Shown here: positions 24,517 to 36,738 of the stretch, piece by piece | How positions within the stretch are numbered: the stretch's first letter is position 1 | Layout of the letters: each line of letters begins with the position of its first letter | Assembly: GCA_907165135.1 (NCBI GenBank) | Contig: OU015568.1 | Location: 2,728,001 to 2,792,000, forward strand | From: Oikopleura dioica | Taxonomy: Eukaryota > Animalia > Chordata | DNA length: 64,000 nt | Direction: 5' to 3' | Notes under the pieces: generated by a model | What the model was told of the DNA's origin: nothing | The model's input: only the letters and a program-made list of their open reading frames with translations | Database searches by the model: none | Made by a program: the position numbers and the translations under genes

Positions 24517-26669
24517 ATGAGTATTCCGGCTTTTGCGGCAGCCGCGGCTTACAAGGAACTGGATATTAATTAACAAAGTGACGCCCTTATGGAAGACCAT
24601 GAAATAATGCGTTTTGTATCCAGTGGCAGGCAACAGAAACGCTCCAACAAAAGAAATCCCATGTCACCTTGAACCCTGTCTTCAAAAATGACCGATTTAT
24701 AACCACTCTTCTTACCGTAGCTCCTGTTATGGCCCTTTCGGTTTTGCTGGTAAGCGTCGTTTTTACCATGAGAGTCCTGAAAACATAAATTAAATCCTCT
24801 TTTTACAAACTTGATTAAGGTCATTGCGCCTGCAGGTTTCACGCCAGAAATTCTAACTTGCTCCTTGCGGACTAAAAAAGTCAACGAAACGGGCTCAACC
24901 TGCGACACTTTTCACGTCGCGGATCACAATTTCATCAATAACTACTGTTTCTCCCGAATGGCGCATTACGAAGTCGACGAATTCGGCAACGTTGATTTGG
25001 AATCAAAAACGACACTTAGGTTTTTGAAGCTTTTTCCTTATATTTTGTTGGCTTTGACGACCCTTGGAGCTTGGGTAAGTGATTTTTCTGCAGAGATAAG
25101 TGGGTAATTGATGGGCTATTCTTCAGACTGGTATTTGCTGGGAAATAACGAGCATTAAAAGAATAGGGCAAGGTAAGAAATGCAATCAGAAAATGTTGAT
25201 ATGCTCAAAAACGAGTTTTATATTTCCTCAAGCAAAAATTAAGCCGAATATCTGATGGACGGAATAGAAGAAGCAACAGGAGAACTTATCGCTGGCCTGA
25301 AAGCTGTGTCGAATATCTTGAACAAGCCAAAGAAAAAGATCCTCCAAGAACAAAACTTGGAGAAAAAGTCCATTTACGGAAGCATGATGTCGATCAACAA
25401 AGCAGGGCCAGAACAGAAGCAAGCGATGCGACATAATCGGCAAGCTCGAGCGTCTGTCAGACAGCGAATCGCATCGAATTTGACAAGAGAAACTTCCAAG
25501 TGTCAAGAAAAGCCGAATGGTTTGGCGAGAAAGCGATCCATTTCTGGAACTGAAGACGATCCTCTCAAGAAAAGGGCTGAATATCTTAACTGAAAATATA
25601 GCGCCCTGTTTTGTTTAGCGACAATTATTTTCGACAGCCCTTGAGAAGATTGATATCCGGATAGAAGACGAAGTGATAAGCCTAAAAGGCGACAGCCCTC
25701 AAAAACCTCCTCTCGGAACTCTGGCGATCAAAGAAGTCACTAAAAACCTCTCCTCATCCATCTACGAGTCTTTAGAAGAGCACTGGAAGAAAAACGACAC
25801 TCGAGCAAAATTCATGGAATTGGAAGATCTAATGGAGGCGCGAGCTGGATCATCAGATTTTCTGACGACGATTTATTTGAATCGGGTGAACTGCTTGATT
25901 GTTAATATTGTTGCGGGAGGAGTTTTGTTCCACTGGTTTGTTTATCGAATCTTTGACTTGAACTCTTTCAATTGCTTGTTGCCGGAGTATTATCACTATC
26001 AAAGTAAGTCAGATTTTATGAATTAATGAAATATTTATGAATGAGATGAAATATTATTAATGAATACGCTTTCGACCAGGCTTGTAGCCATCGTTGAGCT
26101 GACTAGAGATTTTCAAAATATTTGAAGCATAAATTTTTAATACGAAAAGAATTTTTGATATAGTTATGGTTTTTTTATTTCCGAATTTTTATCGTCTATT
26201 CATGAGCATCATTTTTAGCTTCGAATGGTGAATTCTGGCAGACAACAAGATGTTATTTCAAGCCGCTTGGATCCTGGCTTTTGGTTTCATTCCTGACATT
26301 TACCCTCTATTGTTTCACATTCCTGCTCCAAATCTACTTTTGGTACATCAGCGTCAACAAATGGAAGAAAGCCTACACACTTATTCAATATCTGCCCATA
26401 ACATGTGCCATGGCTGAGGATAGCCTATCAGATTTGCATGTTCTGATGGCGAAGATTTCCGAAAACGACGGCGCTAGAAAGGTTAGTCTCAAAATAATTC
26501 AGCGTCAAAAATAATTTCTAAGACCCTGTCAATGTGTGATAAAGTCCTTTCCGCTTTGAACAAAAGCGAACACGAAAAATTCCTGCTTGTTCTTCTCGAA
26601 GTCATCGTCTGGGGAGAAACAGATGAGAAAGTCGACGGACTCGTCAGTAAAATACTTCGCGCCAAATAG
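24517..26669 (+). CDS. PANX: Pannexin-family channel
   Basis: Spliced MSIPAFAAAAAYK/ATET...NDRFITTLLTVAPV; HNFINNYCFS...LRFLKLFPYILL (pannexin FVDSYCW...LHKFFPYILL); FNCLLPE; LIQYLP...DLHVLMAKISEN. Stop TAG at 26667-26669. Confidence 0.85.
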
Positions 26670-27281
26670 AAAAGATGCTTTCATGAAAATCCTACAAAAG
26701 TTCCTTGCTCAAAATATTCCAAGTTTCACTTCTAGCTACTTTTTGTTTTAATAAATTTTACACAAAAAAAATTTTTATCGAAGTAAGTCATTGATAACAT
26801 GAGTTCGAGTTTATTGATATTTTCGGATTGCAGGAAATTTCAAGCTCTGTCGAATCTAGTTTTTGATAAATACGATGATAAAAATGCCATGAACTACCTG
26901 AGTAAAGAAACATTGCCATTTCTAGCGTGTCTGCCCGTCGGTTCAATTTCAGCTCCTTATGATTCATAGTAAATTAGTTTCACAGTATTTCTTACTGGAT
27001 TCGATTTAGTCCAACAGATAGGAGAACTGATTGTTAGAGGAATCCTATCAGAGCCAAAGACTGCAGAGCATTTGTCCAATAAGATTTGAAATAGATGGTC
27101 TGAGGCTCCCTTTTTTCGAGTTTTCGACAAATAATTTTATAATCGTGAAAATTTTCAAAAACTCTTTTCGTAAAGGAGACTTCAAAGGTTTTCCCAAGTT
27201 TGACTTTGCTCGGCGCGTTGAAAGTCCCCGAAAACGGTCCTAGAATGAGAAAATTTAAGCTTTCTGCTTAAATTAAGCGTT

Positions 27282-27770
27282 TCATTTTCTACTTGTGATC
27301 TTGATTCCTTCAGTGATCTTGCTTTTATGACAGACAGCATAATTCAGTTGATTTCCACAATCTCGATCATCCCACTTCATCGTATTTCTATTTATTCCAA
27401 GCCACGCACAATCCTGGTTCCTCATATTGTCCGGCTGACCCGCGGACCAGGGAAGATAAGTTAGGTCTTCGCCCTTCACATTCCTCCATGTTCCCTCTTT
27501 TTCTATATCATCAGCACCTATCCAGCTTGCATGTCTACCTTCGTTCAAAAGACCTCTCAGCTTAATCCCATCATCATCATTTCTTCATAATTATTATCAG
27601 CTGAATTTTAACAAATCTTGCCTCGGGTAGCTCAAATAGGACCCATACTGATTGCATTTTGTCCTTGCCTGAGTAAAGGTCATTCCCGCAGTATCTTTTG
27701 CAATCGCAAAATCATCAGTTACGGTAAGACAAAATCCCAAATTCATGAAAAATGAGCAAGTCAAAATCAT
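27282..27770 (-). CDS. Secreted C-type lectin (QPD, galactose-type motif); may extend to ~27040
   Basis: Signal-like MILTCSFFMNLGFCL; MTFTQARTKC; WIGADDIEKEGTW, WSAGQPDN, DCAWL, KWDDRDC. Internal splice not fully resolved. Confidence 0.85.
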
Positions 27771-27927
27771 TTTTGTTCTCTTGTGACACTTTGTCAAGAG
27801 TTTTTCTACGTCGAAAAGAACCATAATGACTGCCTCATTATATTTTCTTTACATGAGGCTTATATCGCCAAATTTGTGAATCAAAGCCTTTTTAAAGAAA
27901 GAAAAAAAACAGACACAAAACATTTAT

Positions 27928-28585
27928 TCAGTCGTAAATTCGGATTTGATTGACAAGTGGAGAAATTTCTGATTGTAACTCCGACAAATACTGTCTCATA
28001 TCTTCAAACAGCTGCATTTCTTCTTTTGAATTTGTTTCAATTTGCTTCGCTTCTTTTTTCGCTGCATCTTTGAACCACTAAACATCGATCTTTATCGAGT
28101 TTCTAGCGAAGACTTACCTGAAGAAGAACATTTTCGGTATTTCTGAAGTCAACATCAGGATTGGTCTTCGTTTTCTTTAGCTCCGAAATTTGCTTATGTG
28201 GCGGCCCAAAAAGTGGAATCTTATGATCATAATGAGGTTTATCTTGATTTTTTACGAACCTGTGAATATGCGTTTTTCAAGGAGTAATTGAGCAAATCGT
28301 TGATATCAATTTCATGCGTCAAATGTAACAATGGTCCTTCATTCTTATGCGCCTCCTAAATTTTGATTGTTCACACCGAATTTTTCGCTGAATCTAGAAT
28401 AAAGATACCCCTTCTTTAGATATGTCCGCGTATTTTTGCAGCGCAGCGAAGGGATCTTCCGGAGATCGTCGCATAAAAAGACTTGGTACACGTGACTTGA
28501 TTTGATGAGCTTCTTGATTCGGCTCTAGAATCCTCCCTCTTGCTACTGGAATGCAAAAAATAAAACAAAATAGTAGCTTCTGCAT
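27928..28585 (-). CDS. Orphan secreted protein (~142 aa), possible prohormone
   Basis: Three hand-spliced exons with GT-AG introns: MQKLLFCFIFCIPVARG-RILEPNQEAHQIKSRVPSLFMRR-SPEDPF...KEG/IPLFGPPH...VLLQ/WFKDAAKK...QIRIYD*. Confidence 0.6.
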
Positions 28586-28769
28586 TTTGACTTTTAGAGC
28601 ATGTTCAATCAAGTGAGCAAATTGGAACGACGGTCTTATGTATATCTTATAAAGTTTTGACAGATTTATTCAGAAATGATGCACATGGATGGATATTTAT
28701 ACAGCGCGGTGGAGCTCACTCTCCTTCAGCATCATATCGACCTTAATAGGCGTAGATTATTGAATATTC

Positions 28770-29273
28770 ATCATTCCATTAACACTTCGTTCCATGAGTA
28801 GTAAGTCAGACGTAAACAATAATCAGTTTTCCGATATTGATGACAGCCAAATGAACTTCAAATTTTGACTTACGCTTCGGTCAGAAAACTCTGATTTCGG
28901 CGACATTCGGGGAGTCTTAGGAAGGGTTATTCGACGATCGCTCGAGGAACTGTCTCTAGAAATTCAGTCAGCTAAACAATCTTTGAGACAAACTCACTCT
29001 AGCTTGTCGTTATTCTGGAAAGCAAGAATAACCTCTTTTTGCTTTCGAGCATGTCTTCTCTTCGCGGCTTTGTTTTGTAGGAGTATTCGATGGTCTTAAA
29101 ATTTGAACTTTTTTCAAACAAAAAAAATGCTTACTTATCCATCTTCTATGCCAAAGCTTCATATTCGCCAAAAAGAAGGCCCAAACCACGACTCCAAAGA
29201 AAACAACCACCGTTCCTCCCACAATTACCCAAATCGTCGCCGCCGACAAATGTCCGATTCGGTTTTGCTCCAC
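28770..29273 (-). CDS. Small single-pass membrane protein, unknown family
   Basis: ORF with a strong hydrophobic segment TIWVIVGGTVVVFFGVVVWAFFL followed by a basic stretch; downstream exons uncertain. Confidence 0.4.
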
Positions 29274-30046
29274 TGAAAAACATCTCTATTTTTGAAGGAA
29301 AAGTCTTACTGATACAAATCGAGTTGCACTCTTTTTTCTCATTAAAAAGTTTCATAAACAGCCTAATGATTTGTTTGATTAATTAATTAATAACGCCAGT
29401 AAAAATGAATAAACTGTCGAAAAATAGTCAGAACACAAATGGCTGCTGATGTAAAATCAATGGGATGCATATTCTGCTGAGCGAATTATGATGTAGCTAT
29501 AAGAGGATTGGATTTACTGAAAAATACGTCAAGAGGAGCAACTTGAGTTTCTATTCAATTTTTTGTCCTTTGAAAAAAGAAGAAAATTGTCCTACTTACT
29601 GATATCTCGTTTTTCAAGCTCTCTGACTTCAGCATCATGTAGTACTTTCATCTTTTGCGAGATCTCAAAAGCACATTCGAAATTCTGACAATTGGTGTTT
29701 ACCGATTTACGTGCTCGTCTAATGTTTTTCATGACGCCTCGTCAGTGTGATTTATCGATTCAGTTATAACTGACATGCTCACTAAATGGAGGTGCAATGA
29801 TCTTAGACGTCTTTCAGCCCATCAATTTCTCTCGCCTATCGATTCAGTTAAAAGCCCACTTGGCTTTGTCATTATCAATAAGAGTCGAGGTCAAAGTTTT
29901 TTCAAAGGATCGATTTATTATTGGCTGGAGTCGTCGGAAAATGGAGAAAGATGGAAGGATTCTTGCTCGGATTTGTAGCAAGAGTCGTTTGAAGTTGACT
30001 GAAACATAGATAGCGATTTCGTGAAAGGAAAAGCTTACTCGCTAGT

Positions 30047-30168
30047 GGTTAAGGTTAGGGTTTGGGAACTCTTGACGAGGGACTCCGGGGGCGAAGCCCC
30101 TCGTTTAGGTCATAGGGGGCGGGGTGTAGCCCCTGCGTGAGGGTTAGGCTTAGATTTAGGGTTAGGGA
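30047..30168. repeat. Interstitial telomere-like (G)GTTAGG blocks flanking GC-rich hairpins
   Basis: ggttaaggttagggttt...ggggcgaagcccc...ggggcggggtgtagcccc...gggttaggcttagatttagggttaggg. Confidence 0.55.
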
Positions 30169-30368
30169 CAGCTTGAATGATAAGTTATCATTGATAACCT
30201 CCTACTATATCAAAATACCTTGTGTGAACTTGCTATGCTTGTTGTTATTCTCGCCACGGATGAAATTTCAATTTCTATGTTGCTTTCTTCTTTAGATCAA
30301 GAATGTATTTATAAACTAGTAGAATCGGTAGGCATTTAAATTAATTAAGAAAGCGTTAGCTGTCTTTA

Positions 30369-31626
30369 TCAATAATTGATCTTTACACCCTTCTTCCCCC
30401 TCCATCTCTTGTACTGTAGCCAGGTCAAGGGAGACTTTAATCCGCGCGTTGCTTGAAATTGAGTTAGATTCTTCCGCGTCAATTTTAATAATACCTGAAC
30501 TGAACGTTTCGAGTTCGAATGACTTTTTGCATTTCGGAAGCAGAGGAGACTTGAGAAGCGGTTCTCTGTATGTGCGAAATTCTAGAGTCGAAAGAGTGTA
30601 ATCAACATGGACTGGAGTTCTACCGTTTTAAGGGTGTGTGGTGTTTGAAAAGCAGCCAAATTGAACAGGAAAAGAAAAGAAGAACGATCATCTAAAATAT
30701 TTTTAGATTTGAAAATGGCGACAGGACTTACGATGATGGTAGAATACGCAGCAACGAAAATTGTTTCCTTCCTATTGCAATAGACAAAATCATGAGCATT
30801 CTCGTCTTTTTCTGTCGACTTCGAGATGCAGTTAGAGAAATAGTCCCTCGATGATGAAGAAGTATAGTTGTTCGATAAAATGACTTTTGAGATTAAACAT
30901 TTGGGCCGAAAGTTATGAGGGGTTTCAAATGTTCAAATCTCTTCCTGAGAGAATGATGATGCTCAAGAACTTTGTCGTAATCGTGTAGCACCTTATTTTC
31001 TCCGCAGTTTTCATCATTGCTCGAACATCTTCTCGAACTTGAAGAGTAACACAAAGGGATGAGCTAATGTAGCCAGTAGATATTACTAAAATGAAAATTC
31101 AGCAAGTTATTGATTTTTCATTTTTTACCAATAACGATGAGCCTCAAAAAGAAAAATCTCTCTTCCGGATTATTACCCAAAATCGTCGTCTCCATTCCAT
31201 AATAACTGATGATCGTCAATTTGATAATACAGTCGAAGATCAAAGTAATCATCTCTATCAGACTGTGCTTTGGATCGACACAGTGTTGGTACAAGAACAG
31301 AACTCGAACCAAAAGATGAACCATTGAAAGCCAGAGGATTGTGTTTCCAGTTGTTTTTGGGTTTTCGACTTCGTAAATTTGAAAATGATAACTGGTATAG
31401 TAGAAAACCACTGCGCAAACGAATTGAAACTGGACATCGAAAATTCGAAGAAAGCTGACGATTTTCTGTCTCTCTTTATGCAAAATACTCCAGCTTAGAA
31501 AAAATAATCATCATTAAAAAAGACACTTCTTGTCCTTTGATACCTTTTGACGCATAAGCTGACAGACCAAATGTAGATGAATATGTGAAGGAAGAGTGTA
31601 ATTTCTCTCAAAAATAATTCTGCCAT
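30369..31626 (-). CDS. Divergent multi-pass membrane protein (orphan, possibly 7TM-like)
   Basis: Several short hydrophobic minus-strand exons (MAELFLREITLFLHIFIYIWSVSLCV; ILWLSMVHLLVRVLFLY; MITLIFDCIIKLTIISYY); no family motif recognised and splicing unresolved. Confidence 0.4.
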
Positions 31627-32659
31627 CTTTTTATTAAAATAAGGATAAAAACTAATATCGGAGAGCGTCCGGAGAGACCGGATACTCGGGTATTGATTTT
31701 CGAGAACTGGAACTTTTTCCATTTTCATGAAAAGCTCTCATCGGCACGAATTTGAAAAAGAATATCTAATGGAAATTTTAAACAAAATATTACTTTGGAA
31801 ATATTACTTGGAAATTCGATATGGGCCATATCACATGGCCCTTATCATAAGAGAGATTTCGATAGATAAAAAAATTTTAGGCCATATGGATAGTCTTTCA
31901 GTAATCGAACTAAGGCCAGCTGACTTGAATTTCACAGCTGATTTTCAGCTTTTTTAGGCCCATATAAGCGGAGTTTATTGAATTTGAAACAGAATATCTT
32001 GAAATGTTTCTTTACACTCAATATATTTCTGCTGATAGTAGTTTGCACCTTACTTATTTTTAAAATGAAGCAGTTTCCACAATAGATTTTCCATGTTTGG
32101 GCGTTTTTGAATGGTATAACAAGCTCCATTACACTGCATATTGATTATTCTTTTAAATGTTCATGGGAATAAAATCTCCTTGGAAAGAATAGTTTGAATG
32201 CACTTATTTCATTTGCTACCGCGTTTGGCATGTCTTCCCGAACAAAGCTCTAGTAGTTTGAATTATGATTAATTAAAACTCACAAGCATGGATTTACACG
32301 CAGAATGTTTTAAACAACTCGTCAATGTACAAGTTAACCGTTCAATTCTGCTCACGTAATGATATTTTCAAATTCTTGTCGCGAGCCGGTTCCAAAACAT
32401 TTCCAACACTGGTACGATTGATAACATAATCCGATAAAGTAGGGACTGACGTGGGCAGTATTTGTGTACGCACCAAATAGCTTGCTGGGTTCTATTTCGC
32501 GCGCTTTTTTCTAATCGCCCAGAAAGCAGCTTTGCAAATCGGACACGTAAAATCGGATGTAGCTGTTGATCGTAAGATAATCAAAAAAGTAAACATAAGA
32601 ACAAGCAGAAATTAGTAAAATGCATCTCGATTTGGATGGTCAAAACAGGCTCCATCACT

Positions 32660-33677
32660 CAGAGTTGCAAATTTTTGAAATTTTTTTCTGAGCTGAGCTA
32701 GCTGAGCTGAGGTCGAAATTGAGCTGAGCTGAGCTGAGCTGGCTCCTTATAAAAAACAACTGAGCTGAGCTGAGCTGAGCTGGTTTTTTTCAAAAAAATT
32801 GAGCTGAGCTGAGCTGAGCTGGGGCATATTTGAAAATTTTTGAGCTGAGCTGAGCTGAGCTGACGATCTCTCAAACTGAGCTAGCTGAGCTGAGCTGACC
32901 ATAATTTTTATGCTGAGCTAGCTGAGCTAGCTGAGCTGAGCTGAGCTGAGCTGAGAAAGCTGATTTTTATTTACTATAAAAAATGGCAAAAAAATGCGTT
33001 GAAGCGAATTTCAACCTTCTTGAGTAGATGGACAAGGAGCCCCTGCCCTCACACACCCCTTGACCAGCATCTCACTCGCAACATAGCACTTTTTTGACAT
33101 AAAAAAATTTATTCTGTCATTTAACAATAAGGAATCCTCCAAAATATTATACAGTGGTATCATTTATGTGGATGAGCCAATGTTTCAACCTTCTAGCGTA
33201 GATGGACAGGGAGCCCCTGCCCTCGCACACCCCTAGACCAGTCTCTCACATTCGCAATCACATATTTACCATCTGTACTTTATTATTTTTTATTGGAAGC
33301 CCTTTTTTATTTAATTTCTCTCTTGTTTCAAAGAAAACTCAAATTATTTCTATCTAAAATTGACCAACAGGAAAGCATGAATAGAAAATACGTCGAAGTT
33401 TTTGAAATAAAGACCAATCAAAAGTGGTTCGATCTTTGTCAGCTCAATAGACTGAGCTGAGCTGAGCTAGCTGAGCTGAGATTAAAATTGAGCTAGCTGA
33501 GCTGAGCTGGCTCTCTTCGAAGAACCATTGAGCTGAGCTAGCTGAGCTGAGGTCAAATTGAGCTGAGCTGAGCTGAGCTGACCCTCACCTCAAAATTGCT
33601 GAGCTGAGCTGAGCTGAGCTGTAGCTCAGCTAGCTCAGATAGCTCAGCTCAGCTAGCTCACAAAATTTGCAACTCTG
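32660..33677. mobile_element. Non-autonomous hAT-type element (MITE) with (GAGCT)n subterminal arrays
   Basis: Perfect 16-bp TIR CAGAGTTGCAAATTTT at 32660 and 33662-33677; exact 8-bp TSD CCATCACT at 32652-32659 and 33678-33685; no transposase ORF. Confidence 0.93.
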
Positions 33678-34429
33678 CCATCACTTGAAAATCCCAATGA
33701 ACTTGCTCAAGATCATCTTTCGATGAAATTTCGAGGATTTTCTGGACTATGATATTCCAAACATCCTATTTACCATCGATCACGTGATGAACTCACTTCA
33801 CTGAAAAACGTAAAAAGTTTTCTAGACAAGAGAAGGGTATTTCCAAGTTGTTCAAAAATTTTGAAAAAATCTCTAGAAAAGACATTATTGTGAGGCCTAA
33901 TTGAATCATTTCATCAGTCTTCGACTTTTGAAAGTCCGAGCGAAGCAAATATAAGGTGAGTTTTAGAGACTTTGTCTAACGTAGAGATTTGACATTCAAT
34001 TCTTTAGATTTTAGAGAAAGACATCAACGAGTATGTCCTGAGAAGACTGATCCTGATCCTTGAAATGGGATCAAAGAGATCAGAATATGAGCAGCTAAAA
34101 AGCTTGTCGCCTTCTTTTATTTGAAACCATTATCAATGAAATAAAAACAAATCTCGATCAAAAAATTGTCGCATGGGATTCATTGCAGCAAGAAAGATGA
34201 ATAGACATTTCTTAACAAGTACTTCAATGAAGTTCATTTAGCTATGTTTAGCATTCAGACATTGCAAGCGCGTTTTGAGCATCCTGGTCGTTTGGATATT
34301 ATTTTGGTTGATGAATAAAATTAATCGTGGCGCGCCACCACCGCCCTTTATAATCCAGCTTCATTTTCATTTCCGCATCAAACTTCGATAAGAAGTCAAA
34401 GTCAACAGCACTTTCCAAGAGTCCAAAAA

Positions 34430-35248
34430 ATGAAGCTTTTTGCCTTTTTCGCCGCCGCCACTCTCGCCGAGATAGAAGACGACACCTGCTACTCAAACGG
34501 TGAGGAGGTCTCCTGCAGCAATCTCGCCAGAACCGGGGGTCGAAGCATCGCTGTTTCGACCGAAGAGAGTTCTGAACGAAGATATACTGATTTGAAGGCG
34601 ATCGCGGACAAAGTGTGGAAACTCAACGGACTCGCTGGAAAGAACAAATTCGATGAGAGAAAGTACTGGGCTTACGGCTGCCATTGCTACCTTCTCGGTG
34701 ATCGACCCCTCTCTGAAATGGGCACTGGAGCTCCCAAGGTGAGAAAACGATAGTAGACCCTATTTTCAACATAAGCTTTCAGGACGAGCTCGACAACAAG
34801 TGCAAAGCCTACAAAGATTGCCAAAAGTGCGTCCGAGACAAGCACGGTGACCAGTGCATCGGTGAATTCGTCAAGTACACCTGGAAGTATGCTTCAAAAC
34901 GAGGCCGATTTGAGGGCATCAACAACGAGGGTTCCTGCGAGCGAGAGCTCTTCCAGTGCGATCTCAAATTCGCCCAAGACACCTTCACCGCGATGAACGT
35001 CTTCAGCGAGGACAACCACTTCTTCTGGGGCGGCTTCGACAACCGAGACCCCGACAACTGCCCCTCCAACGGAGGCATTCCAGTCGAGCACCAGTGCTGC
35101 GGCGGTTATGATCGAGAATAGTGAGTCATTTTCCCTCCCTTCATGTTCTAGCAATTTTAGCCACTGGATCGGACTCAACAAGAAGAAATGCTGTCCGGCT
35201 TCTGATGGAAATAGCGGTGTTGTGACGGATCTTACTGAAGAGTGCTAA
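34430..35248 (+). CDS. Secreted PLA2-fold protein, catalytic residues substituted (paralogue A)
   Basis: Signal peptide MKLFAFFAAATLA; YWAYGCHC...GTGAPK/DELDNKCKAYKDCQKC; CERELFQCDLKFA; three exons with GT-AG introns. Confidence 0.85.
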
Positions 35249-35562
35249 GACCCGAAGAATAACTGTATTCTCTTTGTTCAAATGAATGTTCATTTGTGTA
35301 AATTTGAAAAATAAACTCATCTTTTTATAATACTTTGTCTTTCTTCTGCTTTCAAGAAAAAAGTCTCCTCAAAAAATCATAATCTTGACGAAAAACAAGC
35401 GATTTTTCGAAATCCTCTTATCAAACAATCGCACCAGCGCGGTAAAATCCCCTCTCGCGCGCCCTCAAACAATTCTAGAACTCTCCATAAAATCTCCATC
35501 GCTCAATTAGTGCTCCATCAAACTTCGATAAGAAGTCCAAGCCTAAAACAAAAAGACGAGAA

Positions 35563-36383
35563 ATGAAGCTTTTCGCTTACCTCGCTGCCCTCGCTGTCGC
35601 TGAAGAGATCAAAGACGACACTTGCTACTCAAATGGTGAGGAAGTCCCATGCTCTGCTCTTGCTCGATCTCGAAATCCGACTGAGGTGGATCGAAGCGTC
35701 TCTGGTGAGCGAAGATATGCTGATTTGAAGGCAATCGCGAAGAAAATCTGGGGCGTCAACGGACTGAAAGGCAAATACAAGTTCGACGAGCGAAAATACT
35801 GGGCCTACGGTTGCCACTGCTACCTTCTTGGCGACCGACCACTCAGCGAAATGGGCACTGGAGCACCAAAGGTAAATTTTGAGATGTTAATTGTTTCCTT
35901 ATTTTCTCTTCCCAGGATGCTCTTGACAACAAGTGCAAAGCCTACAAAGACTGCCAAAAGTGCGTCCGGGAAAAGCACGGCGATACCTGCATCGGAGAAT
36001 TCACGAAATACACCTGGAAGTATTCTGGAAAGCGTGGTGCGTTCGAATCTGTGAATACTGAGGGTTCCTGCGAGCGTGAACTCTTCCAATGCGATCTTCA
36101 ATTTGCCAAGGATACCTTTGCCGAGAAGGATATCTTCAGCGATGAATACCACTTCTTCTGGGGCGGATTTGACAACCGAGATCCTGACAACTGCCCCTCC
36201 AACGGTGGTATCCCAGTCGAACATGAGTGCTGCGGTGGTTACGATCGAGAATAGTAACTTTTTCCTTCTCGGAATATTTTTAATCGCAATTTTAGCCATT
36301 GGATCGGACTCAATAAGAAGAAGTGCTGCCCAGCTTCAAATGGCTATTCCGGAGTCGTTGTCGATAAAGACGAATCATGCTGA
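35563..36383 (+). CDS. Secreted PLA2-fold protein, catalytic residues substituted (paralogue B)
   Basis: Tandem duplicate of 34430-35248 with the same intron positions and the same YGCHC/DNKCKAYKDC motifs. Confidence 0.85.
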
Positions 36384-36738
36384 AAAATAATGCTCAATCG
36401 CGATGATTTATCCTTATCGCAAAAGCATTTCTGTCCTCTGTATATTCGGATGTAATAAAGATCTTGTTCTTTTTGTAAAACATCTCTTGTACCATGCGTG
36501 TTGGGTTTTATGTTTCCACTGACTGGACTTCCTCAACCGTGTTGGTGACTATTTTTTCCAGCAAGTGTCAATTTTTAACAACTCCCGCGCCGCATCCTTT
36601 GCGAGTTCCTTACAACCTGTTCTGGGCCGAGCCAGCTGTTCGGGGGTACTAATCTCTCCTCGGAATAAAAGAGGATGCTGTTTCCTCTTTTCCCCAGTCC
36701 TTGGAGAGATAGAATCTTTTTTTATCTAGCCTGCAAAA

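Noticed and set aside
27240-27310. Possible GA-AG intron extending the C-type lectin
   Set aside because: Frame is plausible but there is no homology anchor and only weak end-pairing, so it was not counted among the 14 introns.
32480-34130. Possible gene disrupted by the hAT MITE (CPICK RING-like fragment, exon-like pieces)
   Set aside because: Removing the MITE and one TSD does not give a consistent frame; stops occur in every frame.
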